Assembly (NCBI GenBank): GCA_022511145.1
Contig: JAFLSC010000002.1
Coordinates: 4,208-68,207, forward strand
DNA: 64,000 nucleotides
Reading direction: 5' to 3'
From: Helicobacter sp.
GTDB taxonomy: Bacteria > Campylobacterota > Campylobacteria > Campylobacterales > Helicobacteraceae
How positions within the stretch are numbered: the first letter of the stretch is position 1; each line of letters starts with the position of its first letter. Positions 19,374 to 32,752 of this stretch are shown here, piece after piece. The position numbers and the translations under genes were made by a program. The notes below the pieces were generated by a model. That model was not told the origin of the DNA. It was given only the letters and a program-made list of their open reading frames with translations, and ran no database searches.

Positions 19374-19382
19374 GTTTAGGGG

Positions 19383-19760
19383 TTATAATAAGATTTGCCT
19401 TAAAAATACAAATCCAAGCCACACAGCAAACAGGCAAAGTCCTACATTTAAAAGGATATTGAAAACCAAGCTTACCCAAAAGCCATTTTGCAAAAACATT
19501 AGATTTTCATAAGAAAATGTTGAAAAAGTAGTAAAAGCTCCTAAAAATCCTATGCCAATGAAACTTCTTAACCAAGGAGGCATACCCTTAATTTCAATAT
19601 AACAAAATAGCACCCCTATCAAAAAAGAGCCTAAAACATTTACAAATAGCGTAGCAAGGAAAATGGAGTTGGGTAGCAATCTATAAATACACATATAACT
19701 TAATCCCCTCAAGATTGCACCCAAAAATCCTCCCAAACCAATAGCTAAAAGGTTAAGCAT
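19383..19760 (-). CDS. crcB: Fluoride channel Fluc/CrcB
   Basis: GGFLGAILR, TLFVNVLGSF, GFLGAFTTFSTF. Confidence 0.95.
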   Translation of the reverse strand: MLNLLAIGLGGFLGAILRGLSYMCIYRLLPNSIFLATLFVNVLGSFLIGVLFCYIEIKGMPPWLRSFIGIGFLGAFTTFSTFSYENLMFLQNGFWVSLVFNILLNVGLCLFAVWLGFVFLRQILL

Positions 19761-19768
19761 TTTATTCC

Positions 19769-20227
19769 TTATTTAGCAATTTTAGAGGGTAAATTATAGT
19801 TTAAAAGTCGATATTGTGCCATTTCTTGATAGGGGCTATTAGGTTTGCCATAATTTACAAAGGGATTAATGCTAATTCCCCCACGCGACACAAATTCTCC
19901 TAAAACCTCAAGATATTTAGGCTTCAATAAAACAACCAAATCATCTAAAATCACATTAACACAATCTTCGTGAAAGCTCCCGTGATTCCTAAAACTAAAA
20001 AGATAAAGTTTAAGCGATTTGGATTCTACAATTTTTTTATCAGGGATATAAGAAATTTTGAGAGTGGCAAAATCAGGTTGCTTAGTAATAGGGCAAAGGG
20101 TTGTAAATTCAGGACAATGTAACCTAATAAAATAATCCCTTGAATGTTTGTTGCAAAAAGCCTCCAAAATCTCTGGATTGTAACTAAAATCGTAATTTGT
20201 GCTTTTTCCAAGACTTTTGAGCTTCAT
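19769..20227 (-). CDS. queF: PreQ0 (7-cyano-7-deazaguanine) reductase
   Basis: [34 protein letters not shown]. Confidence 0.96.
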   Translation of the reverse strand: MKLKSLGKSTNYDFSYNPEILEAFCNKHSRDYFIRLHCPEFTTLCPITKQPDFATLKISYIPDKKIVESKSLKLYLFSFRNHGSFHEDCVNVILDDLVVLLKPKYLEVLGEFVSRGGISINPFVNYGKPNSPYQEMAQYRLLNYNLPSKIAK

Positions 20228-20230
20228 TTT

Positions 20231-21442
20231 TTATCCAAAAAATAAATTCAAAGCTGAACTAATTGCAAAAGCATTCACAATATCAATAAAAAATGCTCCC
20301 ACCAAAGGCACAACAATAAAAGCCATATGACTATGCCCATAATGTTGGGTAACCGTTTGCATATTTACCATAGCCGTAGGAGTTGCTCCAAGTCCAAATC
20401 CACAATGCCCCGCTGATAAAACAGCCGCATCATAATCCCTACCGCAAAATCTAAAAGTAATAAATACTGCATAAAGTATCATCGTTATCACTTGAACCAT
20501 TAAAATTGCTGCGATAGGTAAAGCCAAAGAAACAAGTTGCTGGAGATTGATTGTCATCAAAACATAAGCTAAAAAGAGCGAGAGGCTCACATTACCAATC
20601 ACAGAAACTTCCCTATCAAAGATTTTAAAGATTCCACTAATATGAAAGATATTGCGTAAAATCACGCCCATAAATAAACACCAAACAAAAGTAGGAAGCG
20701 TATTTACAAATTTAACCCCTTGAAGCAAAGCAGAAATCTCTGTGCCTACTAATAAACAAAATGCAATCAAACCTAACGATTCCACAAAAGAAGAAGCGGT
20801 AATAAGCCGCTCTTTTTTGGGTTCCTCAAAAACTAAAGGAGTGGCATTATCATCTTTGGGAAGTTCTAATTGATGCTTTTTAACAAGATACCTTGCCACA
20901 GGTCCTCCAATAAGTCCTCCCATAACAAGTCCAAAAGTCGCACAAGCCACAGCTACTTCAGCAGCAGGAGCGAAAGAATAAGGAGGAGCTTTAAAAGTAT
21001 CTGCCCACGCAGCTCCTGTGCCGTGTCCTCCGCTCATTGTAATAGAGCCTCCCAAAAGCCCAAGCAGTGGATTAACGCCCAAAAGTTTAGCCACAAGAAT
21101 ACCTAAGATATTTTGCAAAAAAAGCAATCCTGTTACGATAAAGAGAAAAATAATAAGGATTTTTCCTCCCTTTTTGAATGAAGCAAAATCCGCACTCAAA
21201 CCAATACTTGTAAAAAAAGCAAGCATTAGCGGGTCTTTTAGTGAATCATTAAATTCCAACTTCACTTCATAATAAAAATTCAAACAAAAAATTATCATTG
21301 CAACAATAATGCCACCCACAACGGGTTCAGGGATATTATAGTCTTGTAGAAATTTTACTTTCTTGATAATCCCTCGCCCTAAAAACAGCACTCCCACCAT
21401 ACAAACTAAAGTTACATAAAAATTCAATGAATAAACCACCAA
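20231..21442 (-). CDS. gltS: Sodium/glutamate symporter
   Basis: YNIPEPVVGG, GGHGTG, GLGATPTA. Confidence 0.93.
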   Translation of the reverse strand: MVVYSLNFYVTLVCMVGVLFLGRGIIKKVKFLQDYNIPEPVVGGIIVAMIIFCLNFYYEVKLEFNDSLKDPLMLAFFTSIGLSADFASFKKGGKILIIFLFIVTGLLFLQNILGILVAKLLGVNPLLGLLGGSITMSGGHGTGAAWADTFKAPPYSFAPAAEVAVACATFGLVMGGLIGGPVARYLVKKHQLELPKDDNATPLVFEEPKKERLITASSFVESLGLIAFCLLVGTEISALLQGVKFVNTLPTFVWCLFMGVILRNIFHISGIFKIFDREVSVIGNVSLSLFLAYVLMTINLQQLVSLALPIAAILMVQVITMILYAVFITFRFCGRDYDAAVLSAGHCGFGLGATPTAMVNMQTVTQHYGHSHMAFIVVPLVGAFFIDIVNAFAISSALNLFFG

Positions 21443-21452
21443 TGCTCCTCCC

Positions 21453-22097
21453 TTAAATCACCTTTTGTTCTTTTCTTTGAATCAAACGAATAATGTTAGG
21501 AATATGTTTATAAAAAACGATTAATGCCATTAAAACCAAAGGTGTGTGCGTGTCAATATAAGGGATTTGCGGGTGCAAAATAAAACTTGCTGTTGTGCCA
21601 AGTAAAACACCAAAAAGTGAGGCTAAAGAGGAGATTTTCAAAACTTTTCCCACAATAAACCACACGATTAACCCACAAATAGCCTCTAGGGGTAAAAAAA
21701 CCATCACGCAACCCATCATTGTTGCAACACCCTTGCCCCCTTCAAATTTCAAAAAAGGGCTATAACAATGCCCAAGGATAGCAAAAATTGCAATCGCCCA
21801 TTGAGTTTCATAACTGATATTAAAAATTTTAGCAGCTAAAATCACCACCGCACCTTTAAGGGCATCACTTAGCATTGTTGCAATAGCAATTTTTTTAGCG
21901 ATTTGGGGTTTAGTTTGCTTTAATGCTCTCAAAACATTAGTAGCTCCAATACTTCCGCTCCCTATTTCACGAATATCAATACCTAAAACTTTGGTATAAA
22001 GATAACCAAAAGGAATCCCCCCAACAAGATAAGCAATCACATAAAAAATAATATTAATATTGCTAAAAAAATCAATCAGCATTGCTAAAAAAGACAT
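21453..22097 (-). CDS. plsY: Glycerol-3-phosphate acyltransferase PlsY
   Basis: GSGSIGATN, GHCYSPFLKFEGGKGVAT, HIPNI. Confidence 0.94.
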   Translation of the reverse strand: MSFLAMLIDFFSNINIIFYVIAYLVGGIPFGYLYTKVLGIDIREIGSGSIGATNVLRALKQTKPQIAKKIAIATMLSDALKGAVVILAAKIFNISYETQWAIAIFAILGHCYSPFLKFEGGKGVATMMGCVMVFLPLEAICGLIVWFIVGKVLKISSLASLFGVLLGTTASFILHPQIPYIDTHTPLVLMALIVFYKHIPNIIRLIQRKEQKVI

Positions 22098-22169
22098 TAT
22101 ACACCTACTCTCTTTGAAACTTAAAAAATAATTTTACTTGAATATTCTTTAAAATGCAAAGTAAATTTG

Positions 22170-25570
<3,401 letters not shown>

Positions 25571-25741
25571 AGAAGAATCTCCTTAATATTATTAAGATAT
25601 AGAAGTATTAGTAAGGGACTTGAATTGTTGAAAAACCCTTGTAAAACTTCTTAAAATAGGATTTTTTGCTGTGAATTATTTTGGAGTTTTTTTCACATTA
25701 ATTCACAATTTTAGCAAAATATTGTTTGTATTGTATTTAAA
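25571..25741. promoter_or_regulatory. oriC2: AT-rich DUE/DnaA-trio region plus DnaA boxes
   Basis: AT-rich 25583-25615 with TAG-AAG-TAT-TAG-TAA trio-like run at 25600-25615; boxes TGTGAATTA 25670-25678, TTTTTCACA 25689-25697, TAATTCACA 25699-25707. Confidence 0.75.
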
Positions 25742-27031
25742 TTATTTGATTTTATTTTTTAATTCCTCAATAACAATTTTTAGATTTTGATTTTTATCAA
25801 GCTCTTCTTCAATACTTTTCATTGCTTTACTCACAGTGCTATGGTCTTTCATACTGAAGTAACTTGCAAGAGTAGGCATTGAATTAGGCGTGAGTTTTCT
25901 TGCAAGATAAATCACGATTTTGCGTGCAGTTACAATGTTTTTATGGCGACTTTTGCTTTTAATATCAGAAGGTTTAATGTTATAATATCTTGAAACAACT
26001 TTGATAATTTCATCAATGGTTACATTTTCTTTAGATTCTTTAATATACTCTTTGAGAATATCCTTAACAAAATCAATCGTAATTTCTTGCACATTAGTAA
26101 CATTAATAGAAAAATTTAGTTTGACTAAGACACCTTCAATCTCACGAATATTGTCATTAATATTAGCCGCAATAAAATGAATAATGGAGTTATCAAGATA
26201 AATCCCATCTAGCTCGCATTTTGCGTGAATAATATTGATTTTTGTTTCGAGTTCAGGGGGTTGAATATCTGTAAGAAGTCCAGAAGTAAAGCGGGTTTTT
26301 AGCCTATCTTCTATATTAATATCTTTGGGTGGGCGGTCTGAAGTGAGCACGATTTGCTTGTTATTTTCTTTAAGTTCATTAAAAGTGTGAAAAAATTCTT
26401 CTTGGATTTGATTTTTTCCACTAAGAAATTGAATATCATCAATGAGCAAATAATCACAAGCCCGATATTTTGCCCGAAATCTATCCATTGAATTGTTGCG
26501 GATATTAAGCAGATAATCGTTTAAGAATTGCTCACTTGTCGTATAAATCACATTTTTACCCATTTGAATATTTGCATTCCCTATGGCATTGAGTAAGTGA
26601 GTTTTTCCTAGTCCCGTGTTACCATAAATCACAAGAGGATTATAAGAGCTGCTTTGATTATTGGCTACGGCTTTAGCCACATTAAAAGCAAAGGTGTTGG
26701 AATTTCCCACAATAAAAGATTCAAAGGTAAAAGAAGGGTTGAGGTTCGTGGAAGCGTTGATTTTTCTTTGAAGGTTTTTTTTGTCTTTTTTGCCATCTTG
26801 AGAGGGGATTTCAATAATAATTTCCGGTTTGATTCCGTTTTGGACTTCATAAAGATGAGCGATTTTTTCAGCAAATTTTGTTTTCACAAAACGGGCAATA
26901 AAAATATTTGGAGCATTAAAAACTAAGCGGTCAGTGCGGGAGTATTTCTCATTAAATTGAATTTGATTAATATAGCTTTCAAACTCAAAGGGCGAAATTT
27001 CTTTTTTAAGCTGCAATAAAACCGAATGCAA
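25742..27031 (-). CDS. dnaA: Chromosomal replication initiator DnaA
   Basis: TFESFIVG, GNTGLGKTHLL, LLIDDIQF, DHSTV; TTG start. Confidence 0.98.
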   Translation of the reverse strand: MHSVLLQLKKEISPFEFESYINQIQFNEKYSRTDRLVFNAPNIFIARFVKTKFAEKIAHLYEVQNGIKPEIIIEIPSQDGKKDKKNLQRKINASTNLNPSFTFESFIVGNSNTFAFNVAKAVANNQSSSYNPLVIYGNTGLGKTHLLNAIGNANIQMGKNVIYTTSEQFLNDYLLNIRNNSMDRFRAKYRACDYLLIDDIQFLSGKNQIQEEFFHTFNELKENNKQIVLTSDRPPKDINIEDRLKTRFTSGLLTDIQPPELETKINIIHAKCELDGIYLDNSIIHFIAANINDNIREIEGVLVKLNFSINVTNVQEITIDFVKDILKEYIKESKENVTIDEIIKVVSRYYNIKPSDIKSKSRHKNIVTARKIVIYLARKLTPNSMPTLASYFSMKDHSTVSKAMKSIEEELDKNQNLKIVIEELKNKIK

Positions 27032-27046
27032 AGTTAGCCTTTAGAT

Positions 27047-27078
27047 TTATTCACAGGGTGTGAATAAAATGTGAATAA
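27047..27078. promoter_or_regulatory. oriC1: three identical DnaA boxes
   Basis: TTATTCACA 27047-27055; TGTGAATAA 27059-27067 and 27070-27078; extended -10 (TGtTATAAT, minus strand) at 27086-27094. Confidence 0.85.
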
Positions 27079-27219
27079 TTTTTGTATTATAACAAGCTCT
27101 CCCTAAAATTTTAGTTTAAATTCCAAAGATTTGATTGAAATTTTCAAAACAAAATCATTACAAAGAAAATCTTATTTTTAAACAAAACTTTTGTATGATT
27201 TTACAAAAATTTTAAGGAT

Positions 27220-27723
27220 TTGTTGGTTTTGAATATCTTAGGGATTGACCCGGGAAGCCGAAATTGCGGCTATGCTATTATTGCTTTGGAGAAGGATTCT
27301 TTAAGACTCATTGAAGCAGGGCTTATTAAGATTAAAGAGAGGATTTTACAAGCCCAAATTTTAGAATTTGTTGAGGGAATTGATTTGATTTTAAAACAGC
27401 ACAAAATCGATTCTGTTGCGATTGAAGATATTTTTTATGCGTATAATCCCAAAAGTGTTATCAAGCTCGCTCAATTCCGTGGGGCATTGAGTTTAAAGAT
27501 TTTACAAGAATTAGGGAATTTTGCAGAATACACGCCCTTACAAGTCAAAAAAGCCTTAACAGGGAATGGTAAAGCCGATAAAACTCAAGTTGCTTTTATG
27601 GTGAAAAAAATTTTAGGGATTAAAAGTGAAATTAAGCCTTTGGATATTACTGATGCCATAGCGATTGCTATTACTCACGCTCAAAGGCAAAAAATTAATT
27701 CCAAAGCTTCTAGGGGAAAATAA
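27220..27723 (+). CDS. ruvC: Holliday junction resolvase RuvC
   Basis: [38 protein letters not shown]. Confidence 0.97.
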   Translation: MLVLNILGIDPGSRNCGYAIIALEKDSLRLIEAGLIKIKERILQAQILEFVEGIDLILKQHKIDSVAIEDIFYAYNPKSVIKLAQFRGALSLKILQELGNFAEYTPLQVKKALTGNGKADKTQVAFMVKKILGIKSEIKPLDITDAIAIAITHAQRQKINSKASRGK

Positions 27724-28355
27724 TGACAATCACATTACTGCATTATACGGATTTAAAGATTTGTTCTCACGCCATAAGGACTTGTTGGCAGAGTTTTGAT
27801 AAGGGTGATGATGGCGGGGAAAAAGATAAAGAGCTTATTGATAGGGTAGGAAATAAGTATAAACACGCCTCAACCCTAGAGCATTTGCAATACAGCTTTT
27901 ATATTCAAGGTATTTCAAGGGCTTGTTTGCAGGAACTTGCAAGGCACAGGATTGCCTCTTTGAGTGTAAAAAGTAGTCGCTATACTCTAAAAGAGCTTAA
28001 AAATGAGGAGAGCTTTTTGCCCTATAATGCTTATAATCTCAAACGAGCAGAGAAGTTTATTGTTTTGGTTCAAAATCCTCAAGTTGATTTTGCGTCATTA
28101 GCGGCATTAGAGGGATTGCGAAATCTTTTAGTTGAAAATATCAGCAATGATTTTGCTAAATACGCAATGCCTGAATGCTACAAAACAGAGCTAACTTGGA
28201 GCATTAATGCAAGGAGTTTGCAAAACTTTTTGCACCTTAGAAGCTCTAAAGCTGCCCTTTGGGAGATTAGGGAATTAGTACAAGCGATTTTTAAGGCTAT
28301 TCCCAAAGAGCAGCAATTTATTTTTGAAAGTGTGATAAGTAAGGAAGAAGCGTGA
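27723..28355 (+). CDS. thyX: FAD-dependent thymidylate synthase
   Basis: HASTLEH, ELARHRIASLSVKSSRY, NFLHLR. Confidence 0.96.
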   Translation: MTITLLHYTDLKICSHAIRTCWQSFDKGDDGGEKDKELIDRVGNKYKHASTLEHLQYSFYIQGISRACLQELARHRIASLSVKSSRYTLKELKNEESFLPYNAYNLKRAEKFIVLVQNPQVDFASLAALEGLRNLLVENISNDFAKYAMPECYKTELTWSINARSLQNFLHLRSSKAALWEIRELVQAIFKAIPKEQQFIFESVISKEEA

Positions 28356-28978
28356 AATTCTTAAAGATTTTTTTCTTTGTTTTGATTTGTTTTAGCTGTG
28401 CTTTTGGTTTAAAGGAAGGGGAAGATTATATCACACTTAAAAAGCCTATCCCTAATGCCCAAAATACGATTATTGAGCTTTTTAATGTGGGTTGCCCACA
28501 TTGTGCTACTTATTATGAATTTTTGCCCGATTTATTTGAGATTTTACCTTCGGGGGTAACTTTTAAGCCCTATCATATCGCTACTTCTCAACCCTTTAGC
28601 GATGAAATTTCAGAGATTTTAGCGACAATGCTCGTTTTAGACGCTAATGAGGGTAAGACGACTTTAGATTTAAATTCTCATTACCATAGGGTTTTAGAGT
28701 ATTATTTCACACAAATCCACAAAACACAAAAAAATTGGGAGAGCAAAAAATCTCTCAAAGAAGAATCCCTAAAAATCGCAAGAGTTAGCCCAGAGCTTTA
28801 TGATAAAACTCAAAAGGAAGCCAAAGGGCATATAAAAGAATGGAAAGATTCTTTAGAATACGCTAGGATTCAGGGTGTTCCAAGCTTTATCGTTAATGGA
28901 AAATATTTGATTTTGGCTAAAAATTTGGAGAGTTTTGAGGACTTAGCGTATAAAATTGACTTTTTATTGCGTAAATAA
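28352..28978 (+). CDS. DsbA/DsbL-family thiol:disulfide oxidoreductase
   Basis: Signal peptide, EGEDY, CPHC active site, GVP cis-Pro loop. Confidence 0.85.
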   Translation: MKFLKIFFFVLICFSCAFGLKEGEDYITLKKPIPNAQNTIIELFNVGCPHCATYYEFLPDLFEILPSGVTFKPYHIATSQPFSDEISEILATMLVLDANEGKTTLDLNSHYHRVLEYYFTQIHKTQKNWESKKSLKEESLKIARVSPELYDKTQKEAKGHIKEWKDSLEYARIQGVPSFIVNGKYLILAKNLESFEDLAYKIDFLLRK

Positions 28979-28985
28979 ATCCTTA

Positions 28986-29723
28986 TTAAGTAAAATCTCT
29001 TCCTTGCAAGAAATCCTCAATATCTTGGGCGATTTTATCAATCGCACTGATGATATTTTCACAATAAACCTTATCAAAAAAGGCTTCCAAAGGACTATCC
29101 CTCTCAAAAATATTTAAAATACTCTTTTGACACATTTGGGCGTAATGCCCCACAGGTAAGACTTGCCCACTTGTCCCAATACTCACAAATAAATCCGTTT
29201 GATTTAAAAGCGTATAAAGCGTTTGGTAAGCAGGGGCTTGTTCCTCAAACATTACGATATTATGCCTTAAATGAGAGCTTTGACATTTGGGGCAGATTTT
29301 ATCTTTTTGGCTTTCATAACCTATGGCAAAAACCTCGCCACAATCTAAGCAACGCAATTCAGGTAAAAATCCATGCAAGTGAATCACCTCTTTACAAAGA
29401 GAGCGTTCAAGCAAATCATCAACATTTTGTGTTAGCATAAAGCAGTTTTTAGGGTATTTGGCTTTGATTTTGGCTAAGGTTTCGTGGGCATAGTTGGGCT
29501 TGACATTTTTAAGCTCCTTTCGTCTTAAATCATAAAAATCAAGCACTTTTTGAGGATTTTTGGTAAATCCGCTTGCAGAACAAACCTCCATAACATCGTA
29601 TTCTTCCCAAAGTCCATTATTATCCCTAAAAGTCTTTAATCCACTTGGAGCACTTAATCCTGCTCCGCTTAAAATCATTACATTAGGAGTTGCGTTTGTG
29701 TGTGTTTTAGGTTTGTAAATCAT
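28986..29723 (-). CDS. cobB: Sirtuin NAD-dependent deacylase
   Basis: SGAGLSAPSGLKTFR, TQNVDDL, HLHG, CxxC..CxxC, IGTSG. Confidence 0.93.
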   Translation of the reverse strand: MIYKPKTHTNATPNVMILSGAGLSAPSGLKTFRDNNGLWEEYDVMEVCSASGFTKNPQKVLDFYDLRRKELKNVKPNYAHETLAKIKAKYPKNCFMLTQNVDDLLERSLCKEVIHLHGFLPELRCLDCGEVFAIGYESQKDKICPKCQSSHLRHNIVMFEEQAPAYQTLYTLLNQTDLFVSIGTSGQVLPVGHYAQMCQKSILNIFERDSPLEAFFDKVYCENIISAIDKIAQDIEDFLQGRDFT

Positions 29724-29895
29724 ATTTTGAAACCTTTTAGATTTTTTGTGAGTTTAGCACAAAAGGCTTTAATAAGGAGTAAAAATAGTGATAAAATATT
29801 GCTCAAAAATTCATAAAAGATTGACAATATCTTCAAAAAATCTTTACAAATGCAAGTTACAATTTTACTATTAAACATCAACAAAAGGAGTTTTT

Positions 29896-30264
29896 ATGAA
29901 AACACTAAAAAGATTTGGAAAAGTAGCAATCCTAGCAAGTTTGTTAGCTTCAAATGCGGCAATGGCAGATTGGGATTTTGATATTGCTGGACAAATTTCT
30001 GCTGTGGATAATGCCAATAAAACCATTACTTTAGCATCACCTAGCGGGCAGTTGGTGATTAAAGTTTTGCCTTATACTAAAATCAAGGGCGATGATTGCG
30101 GACCTTTGGGTTCAGATATTTATGGTAGTTTTAAGGATTTAGCGGTGGGTAAATTTGTCGAGGTGGAGGCTATCCCTAATAATGCCCCTACTTCAAATTC
30201 ACTTCAAGATATGCAATTAAGCGCTAAAGAGATTGAGTGGAAATGCCACCCTAGAGCTTATTAA
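29896..30264 (+). CDS. Secreted DUF5666-like beta-barrel protein
   Basis: Signal peptide; GQISAVDNANKTITL and L.VG.FVEVE pattern. Confidence 0.55.
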   Translation: MKTLKRFGKVAILASLLASNAAMADWDFDIAGQISAVDNANKTITLASPSGQLVIKVLPYTKIKGDDCGPLGSDIYGSFKDLAVGKFVEVEAIPNNAPTSNSLQDMQLSAKEIEWKCHPRAY

Positions 30265-30289
30265 GCTTTAGGGATTTGAGCTATCCTTG

Positions 30290-30391
30290 CGTCATTACTT
30301 CGTTGTCATTACAAGAGGCGTTAGCCTTGTGGCAATCTAGTTTTAAGTCAAAGATGAGGGAAAAGTCTCACAAATGACGAGAAAGCAATCC
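30290..30391. repeat. CGTC-type REP-like element
   Basis: TGTCATTACAAG-AGGC-GTTA-GCCT-TGTGGCAATCT at 30304-30338, plus partial units. Confidence 0.7.
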
Positions 30392-30467
30392 AAAAAAATA
30401 ATTTCTTAGAAAATTAACATAATAATGAGTAAAGAGATTGTAAAATTCCTTTTATTAAGGAGAAGCA

Positions 30468-31754
30468 ATGACTCAAGAACAACTAAAGCAGCTTGATTTA
30501 GCTCATATCTGGCACCCTTGCACCCAAATGTCTGACCACGAAAAGAATATTCCTCTGCTTCCGATAAAAAGGGCACAAGGGATTTATGTTTATGATTTTA
30601 ACAATCAAGCTTATATGGATTGCATTAGCTCTTGGTGGGTTAATCTTTTTGGGCATTGCCACCCCTATATTAATCAAAAGCTAAAAGAGCAAATCGACAC
30701 CCTAGAGCATATTATCCTAGCGGGATTTTCACACGAGCCTATTATTAGGCTCTCTAGCCGACTCACTTCGCTTTTGGATTCTAAATTAACAAAATGCTTC
30801 TATGCCGAAAATGGTTCAAGTGCGATTGAGATTGCCTTAAAAATGGCTTTTCACGCCCAAAAGCTTAAAGGCAAAGTTAAAAACAAATTCCTATGCCTTC
30901 AAAATGCCTATCACGGCGAGACAATAGGGGCTTTAAGCGTGGGTGATGTGGGGATTTATACGCAAACTTATGAACCGCTTTTGTTAGAAGCACTAAAAAT
31001 AAAAATGCCAAAAGGCGAGGAATATACGCAATCTTTGGAGCAATTAAGGGAGATTTTGCAAAATCACGCCCAAGAGATTGTGGCTTTTATCCTAGAACCG
31101 CTTATTCAATGTGCAGGAAATATGAATATGTATAGCCCAAATTTTGTGAGGGAGGCGGTGAAAATCTGCCAAGAATTTGGCGTTTTTGTGATTTTCGATG
31201 AAATTGCTGTGGGATTTGGACGCACAGGGAGTTTATTTGCTTATGAGCAATGCGGCGTTGTGCCGGATTTCTTATGCCTTAGTAAAGGTATTAGCGGAGG
31301 GTATTTACCCCTTTCTTGCGTGATTACAAGCGATGAGGTGTATCAGCTCTTTTATGCTCCTTATGAGGAACACAAAGCCTTTTTGCACTCTCATTCTTAT
31401 AATGGGAATCCCCTAGCGTGTGCTTGTGCTAATGCGGTGCTTGATATTTTTGAGCAAGAAAATATTATAGAAAAAAATAAGCTTTTATCAGCATACATTT
31501 GGGGGAGATTTTGTGAGTTAGGGGAGTTTAAATGTGTTGCAAATCTTAGGCATTGTGGAATGGTGTTTGCTTTGGATTTGGTGGGATTTGAGGGACAAAG
31601 AAAAGGCTTAGAGGTTTTTAACCTCGCTCTTAAAAAAGGCTTGCTTTTGCGTCCTTTGGGGAACACAATCTACCTAATGCCCCCTTATATCATAACACAA
31701 AGTGAAGTGGATTATATCATTGATTGCCTCAAAGTAATTTTTGGGAAATTTTAG
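30468..31754 (+). CDS. bioA: Adenosylmethionine-8-amino-7-oxononanoate aminotransferase
   Basis: [38 protein letters not shown]. Confidence 0.96.
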   Translation: MTQEQLKQLDLAHIWHPCTQMSDHEKNIPLLPIKRAQGIYVYDFNNQAYMDCISSWWVNLFGHCHPYINQKLKEQIDTLEHIILAGFSHEPIIRLSSRLTSLLDSKLTKCFYAENGSSAIEIALKMAFHAQKLKGKVKNKFLCLQNAYHGETIGALSVGDVGIYTQTYEPLLLEALKIKMPKGEEYTQSLEQLREILQNHAQEIVAFILEPLIQCAGNMNMYSPNFVREAVKICQEFGVFVIFDEIAVGFGRTGSLFAYEQCGVVPDFLCLSKGISGGYLPLSCVITSDEVYQLFYAPYEEHKAFLHSHSYNGNPLACACANAVLDIFEQENIIEKNKLLSAYIWGRFCELGEFKCVANLRHCGMVFALDLVGFEGQRKGLEVFNLALKKGLLLRPLGNTIYLMPPYIITQSEVDYIIDCLKVIFGKF

Positions 31755-31904
31755 CATTGATAAATGATAAGGATTTTGGATTGATTTTGTTGAGTTTGGA
31801 GGCTAAAATAACCCTTAAATTAAGATAATATTAAGCAATAACCGCTATAATTTTGCTCCATATTTTCTATGGGAAAAAATCAATATTTTTATAAAGGTGT
31901 TGCG

Positions 31905-32333
31905 ATGAATATAACAAAAATGGCAAAAGCCAATGAAATCAAACGCGATTGGATTGTCCTTGATGCAGAGGGGAAAATATTTGGTCGCCTTATCACAGAG
32001 ATTGCAACTTTGCTTCGAGGCAAACATAAGGCAAGTTATACGCCACACATTGATTGTGGGGATTTTGTCGTGGTGGTAAATGCTCCTAAAGCTAGATTTA
32101 GTGGCGTTAAGCTTGAGGATAAAGAATATTTTACACATTCAGGATATTTTGGTAGCACAAAATCTAAAACACTCAAAGAAATGCTAGAGAAAAATCCAGA
32201 AAAACTTTATAAACTAGCAGTTAGAGGAATGTTGCCCAAAACAAAATTAGGTCGTGCGATGATTAAAAAGCTTAAAGTGTATTGTGATGCGAATCACCCC
32301 CACACTGCACAAGTTTCAAAGAAGGATAAATAA
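31905..32333 (+). CDS. rplM: 50S ribosomal protein L13
   Basis: [28 protein letters not shown]; ATG at 31905. Confidence 0.98.
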   Translation: MNITKMAKANEIKRDWIVLDAEGKIFGRLITEIATLLRGKHKASYTPHIDCGDFVVVVNAPKARFSGVKLEDKEYFTHSGYFGSTKSKTLKEMLEKNPEKLYKLAVRGMLPKTKLGRAMIKKLKVYCDANHPHTAQVSKKDK

Positions 32334-32722
32334 TGGCAAAAATTTATGCAACCGGCAAAAGAAAAACCGCAGTCGCAAAAGTATGGTTATTTCCGGGTAG
32401 CGGGAAATTAAGCATTAACCAAACCAATCTTAATGAATGGTTAGGCGGACACGAAGCAATTAAAATGAAAGTAATGCAACCCTTGCTTTTGACTAAGCAA
32501 GAAAAAAGCGTTGATATTGTTGCTGTTACAATGGGGAGTGGGTATTCCGCTCAAGCAGAAGCCTTAAGACACGGGATTGCTAAAGCTTTAGTTGCCTATG
32601 ATACTAATTTCCGCTCGATTCTCAAACCTAAAGGCTTATTGACTCGTGATTCTAGGGTGGTTGAGCGTAAAAAATACGGAAAACGCAAAGCAAGAAGAAG
32701 CCCACAATTTTCGAAAAGATAA
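32333..32722 (+). CDS. rpsI: 30S ribosomal protein S9
   Basis: [27 protein letters not shown]. Confidence 0.99.
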   Translation: MAKIYATGKRKTAVAKVWLFPGSGKLSINQTNLNEWLGGHEAIKMKVMQPLLLTKQEKSVDIVAVTMGSGYSAQAEALRHGIAKALVAYDTNFRSILKPKGLLTRDSRVVERKKYGKRKARRSPQFSKR

Positions 32723-32750
32723 TCCCAATCCCTTTTGGATTGCGGGGGCT
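32723..32750 (+). terminator. Weak hairpin after rpsI that overlaps the RBS of the next gene
   Basis: cccAATCC-ctttt-GGATTg-c-ggg followed by cttt; the G run is the likely RBS for the ATG at 32753. Confidence 0.35.
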
Positions 32751-32752
32751 TT

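Noticed and set aside
19761-20230. Fluoride or preQ1 riboswitches before crcB and queF
   Set aside because: Intergenic gaps are only 8 and 3 nt
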